Below, in pieces: positions 12,610 through 27,010 of a DNA stretch of 64,000 bases. Made by a program: the position numbers and the translations under genes. This stretch comes from Azolla caroliniana (lineage: Eukaryota; Plantae; Polypodiophyta): NCBI GenBank assembly GCA_043228905.1, contig JBHGNT010000002.1, positions 25,854,001 through 25,918,000 of the forward strand, in the 5' to 3' direction. Under the pieces are notes generated by a model. That model was not told the DNA's origin. It did no database searches and saw only the letters and a program-made list of their open reading frames with translations. Positions within the stretch are counted from its first letter, which is position 1. The number at the start of each line of letters is the position of its first letter.

Positions 12610-15021
12610 TTATCTGTAAGGAACATAAATTATTTCCTCCTTGAGTTCAACGTCAAATGCCTGTTTTACTTGTTCTTTCACCAGAGCAATCAATTTGAGA
12701 ATATCTGATGCTCGTGAACCTCCAATGTTTGTAAAAAAGTTGGCATGCACTTGTGAAACTTTGGCTCCTCCAATAGTGGCACCCTTCAGTCCCACCTTCT
12801 CAATCAAAGAGCCCGCAGATGCAGCAGGAGGGTTCCTGAACACACAACCAGCTGTTCGTTCTGTGAGAGGCTGATTCTTCTTCCTCCTACATCAAAACCG
12901 AAACCATTATTTAACATATGAAAAAATAGGAACATCATACATCCCTCTCTCATAGTTCATATTTGACCTCTGAGGATGATAATAGAATCTCTATCTCTCC
13001 AAAACTACAGTTTTTGCATATTCTAAAGTACTTGCATGCTGAATATGTGAGCTAAAATATATGAGTAAAACAAACTGAAGTAGTTTTGGACGGATTGTAT
13101 ACTAAGCATTGCTTATAGAACTTTGCGATAGTACCCCACGTGGCTCGAAAGGCACCCAAGTTTGATGATGTGTCGAAAATTTCCGGTGAAAGTTCACATT
13201 CCTTGTCCATTGAAACAATTGCAAATTCATGTGTATTTCTTTACAAAATACAATGATAAAATTACAAAATGAATTACACACTAATAATGAGAGGGAAATG
13301 ATATTTCAACATACAATGAATTCGCAAACAATGGAGATTAAATATTTGAAAGAGAAGTTACTTGCTATATAGAAAATAGCATTGCAATCTAAGATACTTG
13401 GATGCCCAAACTAAAGATCAAAATGATAATCTTAGAAACTGAAAAAGAATAGCTAATCAAAGCATTGTTGAAACGAAACTAGACTTGAAGATATGCAAGG
13501 TAAGCAATGAAAACATAGTGGAGGACGTATATCACTTATTTCTCGCATGCTTAAAATATAATGTAATTCACGAGAAGTATGATAACTTGTTAGATGAGCA
13601 TGATAATTTAATTCTCAGTCTCAAATCTCCACTAAGAAGGGTGAGCACATTGTGCATGCATAATTTTTACATAAGAGATTTTTTTCTAAAGAGTAGTAAT
13701 CCCCTTCTTAGGTGAGAGTAACATACAAGGTGACAAGTTTAGTTGGTCCATAGGTCAAAATTGGCCACCTCATGGATGATAAAATATACATCTGTGTGTG
13801 TGTATGTTCTAGGATAGGAACCCCAACGAAAGCATACCTCTCTAAATAGGATATTTGCATTTTCCGAGATATGGGAGACGGTTTCAACTCAAATGAAGCA
13901 CCAACTATTGTTGCAAACTGCAGCGGTGCCTTTTGAAAGGGTGAACTCCGATAGCTGTACAGAAGTTCGTCCCTCGCTAACACATGTTTGTTTCCACTGG
14001 CGGTGATGACCTCCACAGACTTCAACACATCTGCGGTTTCCTACAACACGAGGACAGCATGCGAAAAGGGCATGGCATTGAAAAATGGGGCATCCGTGTT
14101 ATATGCATTTTCTTGAATTCATGGTGATGATAGGATAGACATCAATTCCCCATTCAGGAATCTGAGAAGCATAACAAAACTAACTCCAGGGCAGCAAAAT
14201 GAATCTGAACAGATGCATCTTCAGAGCTACAAAAGCATGGCATTACATTGATGGCAACAAATGTGAATAAAGGACTCATCATTCCATACATCACAAGATC
14301 TCCAAATGTTGCTAAAAATCTTATAATAACACAGAAGAAGCTAGCCCTAGATTCAAGTATTATACTGGCACACCCATCTATCAATATGCATACCAATGGT
14401 ATCCAGATGCAAGTAGTGGAGTCACCTGCCCATTGGCACCGGCATTCATGTAAACTGCACCTCCAACCGTACCCGGGATGCCCGAAGCAAATTCAAGCCC
14501 AGAGAAGCCATCACGAGAGCACTGCATACCTAAAATGTTGAATGGATACCCACTCCCCACACGATATACACCAGTTTGGGGTGTCTCTAGGAAGGCAATG
14601 CGATTGACGATGATGCAACCATCAAAGCCCCTGTCATCGAACAATAAATTCGAGCCCTTGCCAATCACAAGGAAGCGAATGCCGTGCTCGTGACAATATC
14701 TGCAGGAAAACAGAAGCTGTAGCAGATTAAAAGAATGGACAAAAATGGAAGGATTTGAAAGAGAGGAAAGAGTAGAAAAAAAAGAAGAAAAAACAGAGGA
14801 GGAGGAGGAGGGAACAACCTGATGGCGGAGAGGAGGTGTGATTCATGATGGACTTGGCAGAAGAGCTTGGCGGGGCCACCGATGCCCCAGGTGCAGAGGT
14901 CGCTAAGGAGCTTCCCACGGGAGAAGAGCGGGAGGGGGTCGAGGGCGTGGCCATGGCCATGGCCATGGAGGGGAGTGGGTAAGGGTAATGATATGCAGGA
15001 GGTTATGGGAGCCAAGGCCAT
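12610..15021 (-). CDS. murB: UDP-N-acetylenolpyruvoylglucosamine reductase MurB (plastid peptidoglycan synthesis), 318 aa
   Basis: Exons 15021-14819, 14699-14426, 14040-13838, 12886-12610 (957 nt, GT-AG). Motifs TWGIGGPA, IGKGSNLL, GLEFASGIPGTVGGAVYMNAGA, YRSS, QP..TAGCVFRNP, AGSLIEK.GLKG, HANFF.N, LKEEI. About 30-aa N-terminal extension. Confidence 0.96.
13395..13700 (+). mobile_element. Decayed LINE 3' fragment (C-terminal CCHC) in murB intron 3
   Basis: KICKVSNENIVEDVYHLFLACLKYNVIHEKYDNLL parallels RICRLCHIEIKDEYHFTCKCPTYAEIRAKYQDIL of the LINE at 39815-40651. Confidence 0.6.
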
Positions 15022-15062
15022 CGCTATTCTCTACATACATACATATAAAGGGCTTCGATGAC

Positions 15063-15112
15063 CTTCTTCTTCTTCTTCTTCTTCTTCTTCTTCTTCTTCT
15101 TCTTCCTCTTCC
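15063..15112 (+). repeat. (CTT)n microsatellite in the murB 5' region, followed by a short direct duplication (15121-15210)
   Basis: About 14 CTT units. aactggttttt.t.agactcccctgtttgctct is present twice. Confidence 0.9.
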
Positions 15113-18100
15113 TCTGCTGCAACTGGTTTTTCTCAGACTCCCCTGTTTGCTCTGTTTCTTTTGTTTCACCCAAATCAACTGGTTTTTCTGAGACTCCCCT
15201 GTTTGCTCTCTTTCCTTCTTGGGCACTAGGCAAAGTCAAGTCAAGTCAAGTCAAGCCAATCCAATCCAAGTCTAGTCAGTTCAAGTCTTGGATGGGAGGA
15301 ACCCGCAAGATGTCCTCGCCTGCCGCCCTCTCACCCGCCCATCTCCGAATGCTTGTCTCGACTCTCCCCACCCACCCCCCCCCCCCCCCATACACACCAG
15401 ATATGTATGTTGGAGTTGCCCCGACTGTCAAGCATGACACTACAGAGGGTCATGATTGAACATTCTAGATGCAATCACCAACTTTCAAGCCTATATTGCA
15501 TATATAGGAGAATCGACAATACGTATGACAACCGTTCATGTAAGCTATTCACATAGTTTGTCATAATGGGATCCCATTCATGGGATGATCACATGTGGAA
15601 AGATTGTCTGGGGAAGCCATTCATCCAAAGTCGGTGTGGAGAATAAGAGGAACAGGACATGGAGATGTAGTCTAGAGGATAGTAATATGGAATGTTGGTA
15701 GTTCGGTTTCGTAAAACACATGAGTCAATATGACCACAATTTTCTTAGATAATATAAAAACAAAGGAGAATAGAGAAGTAGATTAGGCATCAACTCATAC
15801 AATGGTCAGACTCAACATTAAGCAATCAATGGAGCTTATGAAACTTCTCAAAGTGTGAGTAAGGCATTTACCATGATTGATAGATCATGATATATTCACT
15901 CAACATCATTATTCGAGAATGAGGAGCCATTTTCATAGATGTCTTCCTAAACAAAGGTTTGTCTAAGTTGAGCCGAAGACATATGTTGGGGTGGTATAAA
16001 TATCAAGAGTAGGTGGATCAAAGTCATAAACTGGAATATGAATTGAAAACATAGGGAAAAAAGTGGTGTTCACCAATTATGGCAATGAAATCATTCATGT
16101 TAGAACTAATGGGTTGATTGCTATTTATAGCAAAGTTGCTTGTTTTATATTTAACTTGTGTAAATGAAAGGTATTAGTGGTTAGGTTCCATCAAAGTGTC
16201 TTCAAATTATGCCACAAAATCAAATGGCCCTAAAAATCATCAAAGACTCATTATTATTATAATGAAAAGGCAACCTCCTTTTGTAAAAGATTGGAGTTGT
16301 CAATGTATGACAAGAAACCTACCATCCGCCCCATGCTTTCGCAAGCACATGATGTACCCAAACTCATTAATAGAACGCCTACCACGTCATTGAAATGAAT
16401 AGTCCTTATTTTTGGGCGAGAGGCTATGGTTGACAGCTCCAAAGTATTCAGATGTGTCTATCATGTGCCCATGTTCATTTAAGTAATGAAAAAGCTTTGA
16501 AGTACCTTTCTTGCAAATGATGACATAGACAGAATGATTATCAATGCAATCAAAGTTTGGGAGACGTAAAATGTCAATTGTAGACACAAACCAAGACAAA
16601 AGTCATCGAAGATTATGATGAAAACCATGTGACTGTAACATTAATCTTGATGATGTACTTGAGGCATGGAGGTCTCAAAATGTAAGAATTCGATATGAAT
16701 TGATAGTAAGCAACATGTAAGTGTTATTATAGATTGACAAAATTTTTCAAAAATACAAGTCTGACAAGAAAGTATGGTGGACATACCTATGTTTGTTTGA
16801 AATTATTCAAACGAATTGCAGTTGTGGCGATTTATGTTTCATGATCGTATTTGATGAAATGTTGATATGGAAATGCCACATCAAGAAATTGAGATAAAAC
16901 ATGTGGTTCTTGCATTGAAATTTGTTAAATATGGTTTCATTCTTTGTAAAAAAAAACATATTGATATACATGATTGCAAACAAGTTAAACAACTTGTGAC
17001 AACAATTCTAAAGTTAAAACAAAATGTTGGGTGTCTAATTGTTAGTTAATTAAGCAAACATCAAAATATGCACACATAAATGTACGCTATGAAAATTGTT
17101 TGTGTGTGCGAGAGGGAGGGAGAGGGAGGGAGGGAGGGAGGAGACTCTAAATGATGGATTGATATATTCTAGCAATATATTATCGCTTCAGTTCTAATGT
17201 GATACTAATTGGGCAGGGGATAATAACCAAAAAGGTGAGTAAATACTAGCTTGGTTGTGTGATTGTTTATTGGATACCAAAGATGGAGTTCACAAATGCC
17301 TTAAACATTCCTAGTTGCAACACAAAGTAACATTTTTGAAGTCGTACGATAGAGGAGTTGCTTAATGACATTCAAATTATTGTAGCAAGGTCCATTTAAA
17401 TGTTTGTGACAACATGAGCTCCATTTGTGGTTGCAACTATTTCACTATTACATGTGAGAACTAGAGATGTAGAAGGTAATTACCAATATTGTGGTCATGA
17501 AAACATGATTAAAGAATGTGAACATTGAATAAGTTACATGTCCACATTCTTTCACATAAAAGACGTTTCAAGTTTAGAAGAATGTTAGAACTTGATGATA
17601 TAAATATAATGCTTGAGGAGAATGTCATAGAAAGTATATGTCTAGTCAAGCACATATTTCATGAATCTATAATGATATAAAATGAGTTGTTGAATACCCA
17701 ACACGAGATCTATTGTTTTTCTAAAGTATATAATTATGATATCACAACTCATTTGAGTTTAATATAATTATTGATATCATATAAACAAGAGAAAGGCTAG
17801 AAGACAATATCAGGATTGTGTTTGTGGTTGAATACTATGGGATACAGAAAATGTTTGAAAGAATATACATTTGTTGTTGATGCCATTATAGGATTAGATG
17901 GGGCAAATCGCATGTTGGTATGTCTTTAGGAGGATTCCAATGTAGGATGCACAATAAGCAAAACAAAAGCTTGGAAATCATAAAAAGTATTCATGAAAAC
18001 TGACAAACTATAAAATAATCAATGTGAGTATCCACTGAGATGATGCCAGAGATATTGCGGCCCTAATTATTTCATAATAGTTTAATCAAAGATAACTTAC

Positions 18101-18194
18101 AAAGATAAAGTTGTAATGGTTAATACACACAAGAGTGGAATAATTTAATGAAGGCAAGAAAAACTATCATTTAATTTTCATAGAAATATAAGTT

Positions 18195-18480
18195 AATAAC
18201 TTTCAAGAGAAATATGAACTATTGTTGGCATATGCATTAGCGTTCTCATGTTTTGAATAATCTCATATTATTTTAAGCAACGCTTTGATGCATCATTTGC
18301 TAAGGTATCATTCAACAAACGCAAGATAAACCATCATATTTATTCTTAGTCATATAACTTTGTGGCTTTCAAGAGAAATTTACAAAAATATGGACTATTG
18401 TTAACATACAAATTAGTACTCTCATGTTTTGAATAATTGCATATTATTTTAACAATACTTTGATGCAACATTTGCTAAGA
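18195..18480. repeat. Diverged direct duplication, about 115 bp x2
   Basis: ctttcaagagaaa..actattgtt..ctcatgttttgaataat..ctttgatgca.catttgctaag at about 18200 and about 18366. Confidence 0.75.
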
Positions 18481-19479
18481 GTTCTTTAAGCCTTGGTAAA
18501 ATTTAAAGAATCTATCATTTCTTTGCCCTTGCAATTAATAGGTCCACAATGTCTTTTATACACTTGAGTATACCATCAATTTATCATCACAACAATTTCA
18601 TCTATTCATTTTTAATATCGAAATCATGTAATGTTTAGAATAATTGAAAAAAACTGTAAAGCGTCTATAAAGTGATGATACAACATGTGAATAACGTGAA
18701 TCATGTGATTGCTATTGTCATGGATGTCAAGTTGAGAATACCACATAAACAAAGGATTCAAAAGTAGAGCGGACTAGATTATAAACAAGTAGGATCGAGG
18801 AGCAAAATCAGGAACAAGATAGGACAAAAAGATTTATTAGACTAAGATAGGGCAAGTTGAATTGTTTTGTCTTAAGATTGGTGTCGATCTCATTGATATC
18901 AACTGACTCCCCTTTTCTACATACGCGAAACTATTGCATGACTATGCATTCAATCGACATTTCTCTAGAATCTTCCATTAACCCTTACAATAGACAAAAG
19001 CTAGAACATTGTACTAACTTTTCCAATAAATATTATAACATAGATGTGCATATACAATAAACCTTACAATGACACATATGTGCCAATGATGATTGACATG
19101 ACCCTTACACTTCTCTTGGGTATACATCAAATCAATGATCATGTCTTGATGAACCTCCTTGAGTATTTATGTGAAATTATTTGCCAAAAGAATCCAAGAA
19201 CCAACAAGGATATCTACATTAAATTGCAGATGGAAACTATAATTAGCAAATAACAACATTGCATTGACTGAAGATTGTATGTTGTTGTTATAGGCAAACT
19301 CCACAATTGACAAGGATTTAACCCAATCTTCTTTTTGAAAATTCATCGTAAACTAGAGGTAGTGCTCAAATATATGATCTATCCATTTGCTTTTCCCATC
19401 CCTCTAGGAATGAAAAGTTGACGAATGTTTGGTTGAGATTTTGAGGTGCTAGAATGGTCCTTTCCAAAAAACAGAGATG

Positions 19480-19860
19480 AATTATGGCCCATAATATGAA
19501 ACTATGGCGTCTAAAAGTTTTGTGTTCTACCCACATTCGCTAGTATAACATCTGTTGTTTCTACACAAAGACGACTTTGTCCACATGATGTTTCTCCAAA
19601 GATATAATAAAAAATTCATCATGTCAGGAGCTTTCCTAAAGTTGACAAAGAGGCAATATAATCAAATGCCTTTTAAACAAACTTTCATCCATTAGAACTT
19701 GAAGAGTAACAAAGGTGATCAATGGTGCTATGGTGTTTTTGAAAATCATATTATCCATAAGCCCTCTTTTCTTTCCAACCCATATACAATAACCATGGAC
19801 AAAAATTGTTGCGTGCTTTATTGAGAAAGAAGGTATCAATCAACGAAAGACAAAGATTAC
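19480..19860 (-). mobile_element. Decayed hAT (DUF659-type) transposase remnant
   Basis: Frameshifted minus-strand fragments (GYCIW..KKRG, PLITFV, CLK..D..STLGK) resemble the DUF659 region GW.D.R.RPLINF..FLK..D.. Confidence 0.35.
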
Positions 19861-20488
19861 AATCTCTTGGTGGCATGTGGTAAATAGTGGTAGAAAAATA
19901 AAATGTGCAAGGTCATTGATAACCCGACAATTATTGGCCTCTATGTAGAGTGTCTTGGATTTTTTAGAGTGACATGCATCACTTGTAAGGGAGAATAATA
20001 ATTCTTCGCATTTGGAGGTCTCAACAACACCTCAACTTTTAGGATGGGAGGATAAGCACTCACTTCTACCCAAATTTAACCATGTGGCACCATTGGGCTT
20101 GGTTATTGTACATGATGCCATGGTGGAGACCCAAAGAAAATTAATGCCTAGAAATTACCATGCTATATGTTCTCCATTGCAAGAAATGTTAACTTTGCAA
20201 TTTCCAAAAATATGACTAACATTGGTATGGTAGTTTTCCTTGTTGGAAACTTCAAGGAGGTTGTCACATGAGGTATTAGAGATTTATAGGCTAGCAAGGC
20301 ATCATGTCCGTTATTTGCATTGGCCTCTATCACATGGACTATATAGGTCCATAATTATGTATCTAGAGATGATAGATGTTATGAGAATCCTAATTGATTT
20401 TGTGGTGAGGTGAGAAAATATCATATTCCATCCATTGTAATTCAACTTTTGTAATTAATACATTACTATGAGAGAGAGAAAGACCAAA

Positions 20489-20900
20489 GGATGTAGCTCA
20501 GTTGGCAAGGTTTAACCCTTGCATTCCACCGTGGCACCTAGTAAACTAAGAGATATGTATGGAGTACTAGATAGGTGGTTGTAGTGCTAGTAGTCTTAAC
20601 AACTTACAACTTACCACTAGGATTCGATAGTTCCGGTATAATATATATCTATACATATAGATAGTTGGTAAGGTTGCCCAATGGAGACCAGGAGGTCATG
20701 GGTTCCACCCCTACATTCCACGGTGGCATTTAGTAAATTATGAGGATATGTATGGAGTAATACATAGGTGAGAAAAGACGGAGGTACCTAGTTTGTAAGA
20801 TTGCCCTCTGACCCTTACATTCCACAATGGCATTTAGTAAATTCAGAGGATATGTATGGAATAATACAGAGGTGACAAATTTGGGTTTCAAACCCAAGAC
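20489..20900 (+). mobile_element. Three head-to-tail degenerate copies of a tRNA-derived SINE
   Basis: Copy 1 starts GGATGTAGCTCAGTTGG (A box). Copy 2 reads TAGTTGGTAAGGTTGCCCAATGGAGACCAGGAGGTCATGGGTTCCACCCC (B-box-like). All share cattccac..tggca..tagtaaa..gaggatatgtatgga. Same family as 62570-62770. Confidence 0.7.
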
Positions 20901-21239
20901 ATAATGCTAGTAATTGCGATAAAAGAGGGATCCTTGGTTTGTTTTTGCCGCATAATTTAAGTTTAAATTTTTAGCACTTAATAAGTGAAGAAGTAAAAGC
21001 CAATGGGGAAACAGAAAAAAGAAGCAGCATGGATACATAATAAGTCTAATCAGCATACTCCTACAAAACAAAAACTCCAAAATAAAGGAAAAGGTGTGCA
21101 TGCAACACACTCAAAGATTATAAAAGATATTTAGTGATACCTGGTTGAATGGTACACCATGCAATCATGGAGTGAACCTAAACACAAAGACCATACAACA
21201 CCACATATATCAAATGCCTCGTCCAATGATGTATCATGT

Positions 21240-21640
21240 AACCATCAAATGAACCTTTTTCTGCTCAATGTTCTCATCCAAACTTCTTTGCAATCGTAAG
21301 ATAATCAAGTGAAACTTTTCCTTGCTCATGTTCTCAATCACACTTCTTCGGAACCTAACAACAATTAAGATGCTTCTTTACTTTACCAACTTGACAATGT
21401 CAACAAATTTTTAGGTGACATGTACCTTCATTCCCTTTATCCATTAACCTTAAATCATACCTCTTTGTAATTGTGTGATCATCAAGTGAAACTTTTCCAT
21501 GCTCATATTCTCAACCACACTTCTTTGAAACCTAACAACAATTTAGACGATTCTTTATTTTACTAAGTTCACAATGTCAACAATTCTTTAAGTGATGACA
21601 TGTACCTTGATCCCCTTTTTCCATTAACCTAAATCATAAC
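21240..21640. repeat. Tandem duplication, about 177-bp unit x2 plus a partial copy
   Basis: atcaagtgaaacttttcc.tgctcat.ttctcaa.cacacttct...catgtacctt...ccattaacct.aaatcata at about 21304 and about 21481. Partial copy at about 21244. Confidence 0.8.
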
Positions 21641-22478
21641 ATAATTTCTCCATGATTCATTCAAGATCGTCTTTCTAATCCACACCAATTCGTTGAACCA
21701 TTGCTTCTTTGTTGTAGGTAAATAAGCAACAGGATACATTTATGCACAAGTCCCAAACAGTGCTTTGCTCGGAGAGAACTTTTTTCATGTTACTATTTGA
21801 GCTCCTCGCAAATCTTCATGATGTACAAAGGGCAATGTCCCCTTCCAAAGCATCTTCCATGGGGCGCCAGAAATTAGAAAAGTACAAATGTAAGATGCAA
21901 AAACTACTTTTGGATCGCACAATTACATCACTCTTCAGGCTTCAGTTTCTGGAATAAGGTTTGGACAATGATGAGTTAGCTTAAGAAATTAAACTCCATC
22001 CTTCATGGAGCATATGTTTGGAACGACTAAGTTTCGATGGAAATTGGCGATGAACAATGACCTAGAAAAGTCCATGGCATGAATATGATGTGATAAAACC
22101 AAGTCCAAGTATGCAAAAAAGGGCCAATGTCAATCACCACCGTATCTAGGGTAAACAATGTGGGCAAAAAGTGTATATTGACGAAGATGGGGGAGGGATT
22201 GGAGGTGCATTCTTTATTCTCTTTGAGGGTGGGGGTGGTAGGTCGATTCATATCCATCTTTACCTGATCCAGTTGTTCCCTATTTCCACGGTGAGGTGGG
22301 CACTATACATAGTTTGCTAGGGGAGATGAGTTGTATCGGAATAATGCTCGAGCCTAATTATGTCACTCGCAATAAACAGTACAATATATGTTAGGTGGAG
22401 AATCGTAACAACGTGTTAGCTACAATTCTCCTCCTTCAGAAGCAGCTCAGCTCCATACCAGTTACAAACACCAACTGA

Positions 22479-25537
<3,059 letters not shown>

Positions 25538-25689
25538 CTCAAATAATATGTTCAAAAAATCTAAATAAATAAAAGAAAATTAGGCAGAGAGAGGAAAATG
25601 GAATCCCTCTCTCTCTCTCTTTCTCTCTGTTTGTCTTCTTTTTTGTCTCTTCCTTCCCTTCTTTCTTCACACTTATCTCAAATGGACTT

Positions 25690-26700
25690 TGATTAGGGTT
25701 TGGTCTCTCATAAACATTCTCTTATCCTCAGTCGCCTTGATTAGGGTTTGGTATCTCTTTCTTTCTCTTTTAATCAATTTGTCTTAATTGGAGTTTAATG
25801 CCTCTTAAAAAATTAGGGTTGGGTATCCCTCTTCCTCCTTCTCTCTCTCTCTCTCAAATAACAAAAGAGAAAAAAACACACAGAGAGAGAGAGAGAACGA
25901 GGAAAAATAGCTCAAAAACACAAAAAGAAACCTGCAAATTTTCTGATGATGAGGAAGAAGAAGAAAGAAAGAAAAAGAAACTGATTTGCTTTATGAGTGG
26001 TTGATGGTGGCTTGAGAGAGAGAGAGAAAGGAGGTGGGGATAAAAAAAAAAGGGGACGAGAAGAAAAAACGTCCAAACAACTTTCCTCTCTTCTCTCTTT
26101 TCTCTTCTCCCGTCTCTCTGCCTGCATAAATTATAGGTTGATCAAAATTTAGGGTTTCCGGCAGAAGAATTTTAACCCTAACTATGGATTCTTCTTTTTC
26201 ACTGTTGTTCAATGTTTTTTTTTTCTTCTTCTTTTTCTTCTTCTTTTTCTTCTTCTTCTTCTGCTGCTGCTCCTACTCCTCTGTTTTCGCTCTGTGCTTG
26301 GAGAAAAAGAAAAACCACCTCTGATTATAGTTTCTTTTTCTCTTTCTTTTGATCTTCGTCTACTTCTTCTCTGTTTTCTCCCCTGTTACTGTGCAGGAGA
26401 GACCAATTAGGGTCTCTTCTGCCTCTCTGATCTTCTTCTTCTTCTTCTTCTTCTTCTTCTTCTTCGTCTTCGTCTTCGTTTCGCCTCTGTTCTTCGTCTT
26501 CTTCTTCTCTTTAATTTTCTCTGTTCTTTTTTTTTCTGCCCTTTTGTTTTTATCTGCCTGTCTTCTTCTTTTTTCTTCTCGCGGCTTTTCTGAAACTAAT
26601 AATAATAATAATAATAAATAGATCGAAAAAATAATTAAATTAAATAAATTTAAATAGAGGAGAAAAAGGGATGCCACGTCATCATCCGGGTGAGGCGTCA
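25690..26700 (-). promoter_or_regulatory. Promoter/5' leader of the MED26-like gene with telo-box-like motifs, GA/CTT tracts and a TGACGTGGC bZIP element
   Basis: TTAGGGTT at about 25693, 25741, 25813 and 26149; AACCCTAA at about 26174; GCCACGTCA at about 26673. Confidence 0.45.
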
Positions 26701-26764
26701 AGCCGCCGCAGAAAATAAAATGTGATTACGACTAATTAATTAAACACAATCAACAGTTAACGTT

Positions 26765-27010
26765 GCCCTAATCACGCAATTTGTCGACAATGATGCTTAA
26801 TTACATCCACTAATCTTGCTATTTGTTAATGACGATGCTTCAAATTACATGATACATCACACTAACTAATCTGCTATTTGTCGATAATGGTGCTCAACAA
26901 CATCAATCGAAAGTTAACCTTACTTACCCTAATCACGCAAATTGTCGACAACGATGCTTAATCACATCCCACTAATCTTGCTATTTGTTAATGACGATGC
27001 TTAAATTACA
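26765..27010. repeat. Direct duplication, about 160-bp period
   Basis: ccctaatcacgcaa.ttgtcgacaa.gatgcttaa..acatcc.actaatcttgctatttgttaatgacgatgctt at about 26766 and about 26927. Confidence 0.85.

Noticed and set aside
12610-15021. murB as bacterial contamination or a recent insertion
   Set aside because: It has three GT-AG introns, one containing a LINE relic, plus an N-terminal extension and plant-gene neighbours.
14903-15459. Poly-Arg, poly-Lys, poly-Phe and poly-Leu ORFs next to murB
   Set aside because: These are artefacts of the (CTT)n repeat.
26349-26701. Phe-rich and Lys-rich ORFs
   Set aside because: These are low-complexity CTT/GAA tracts in the MED26-like leader region.
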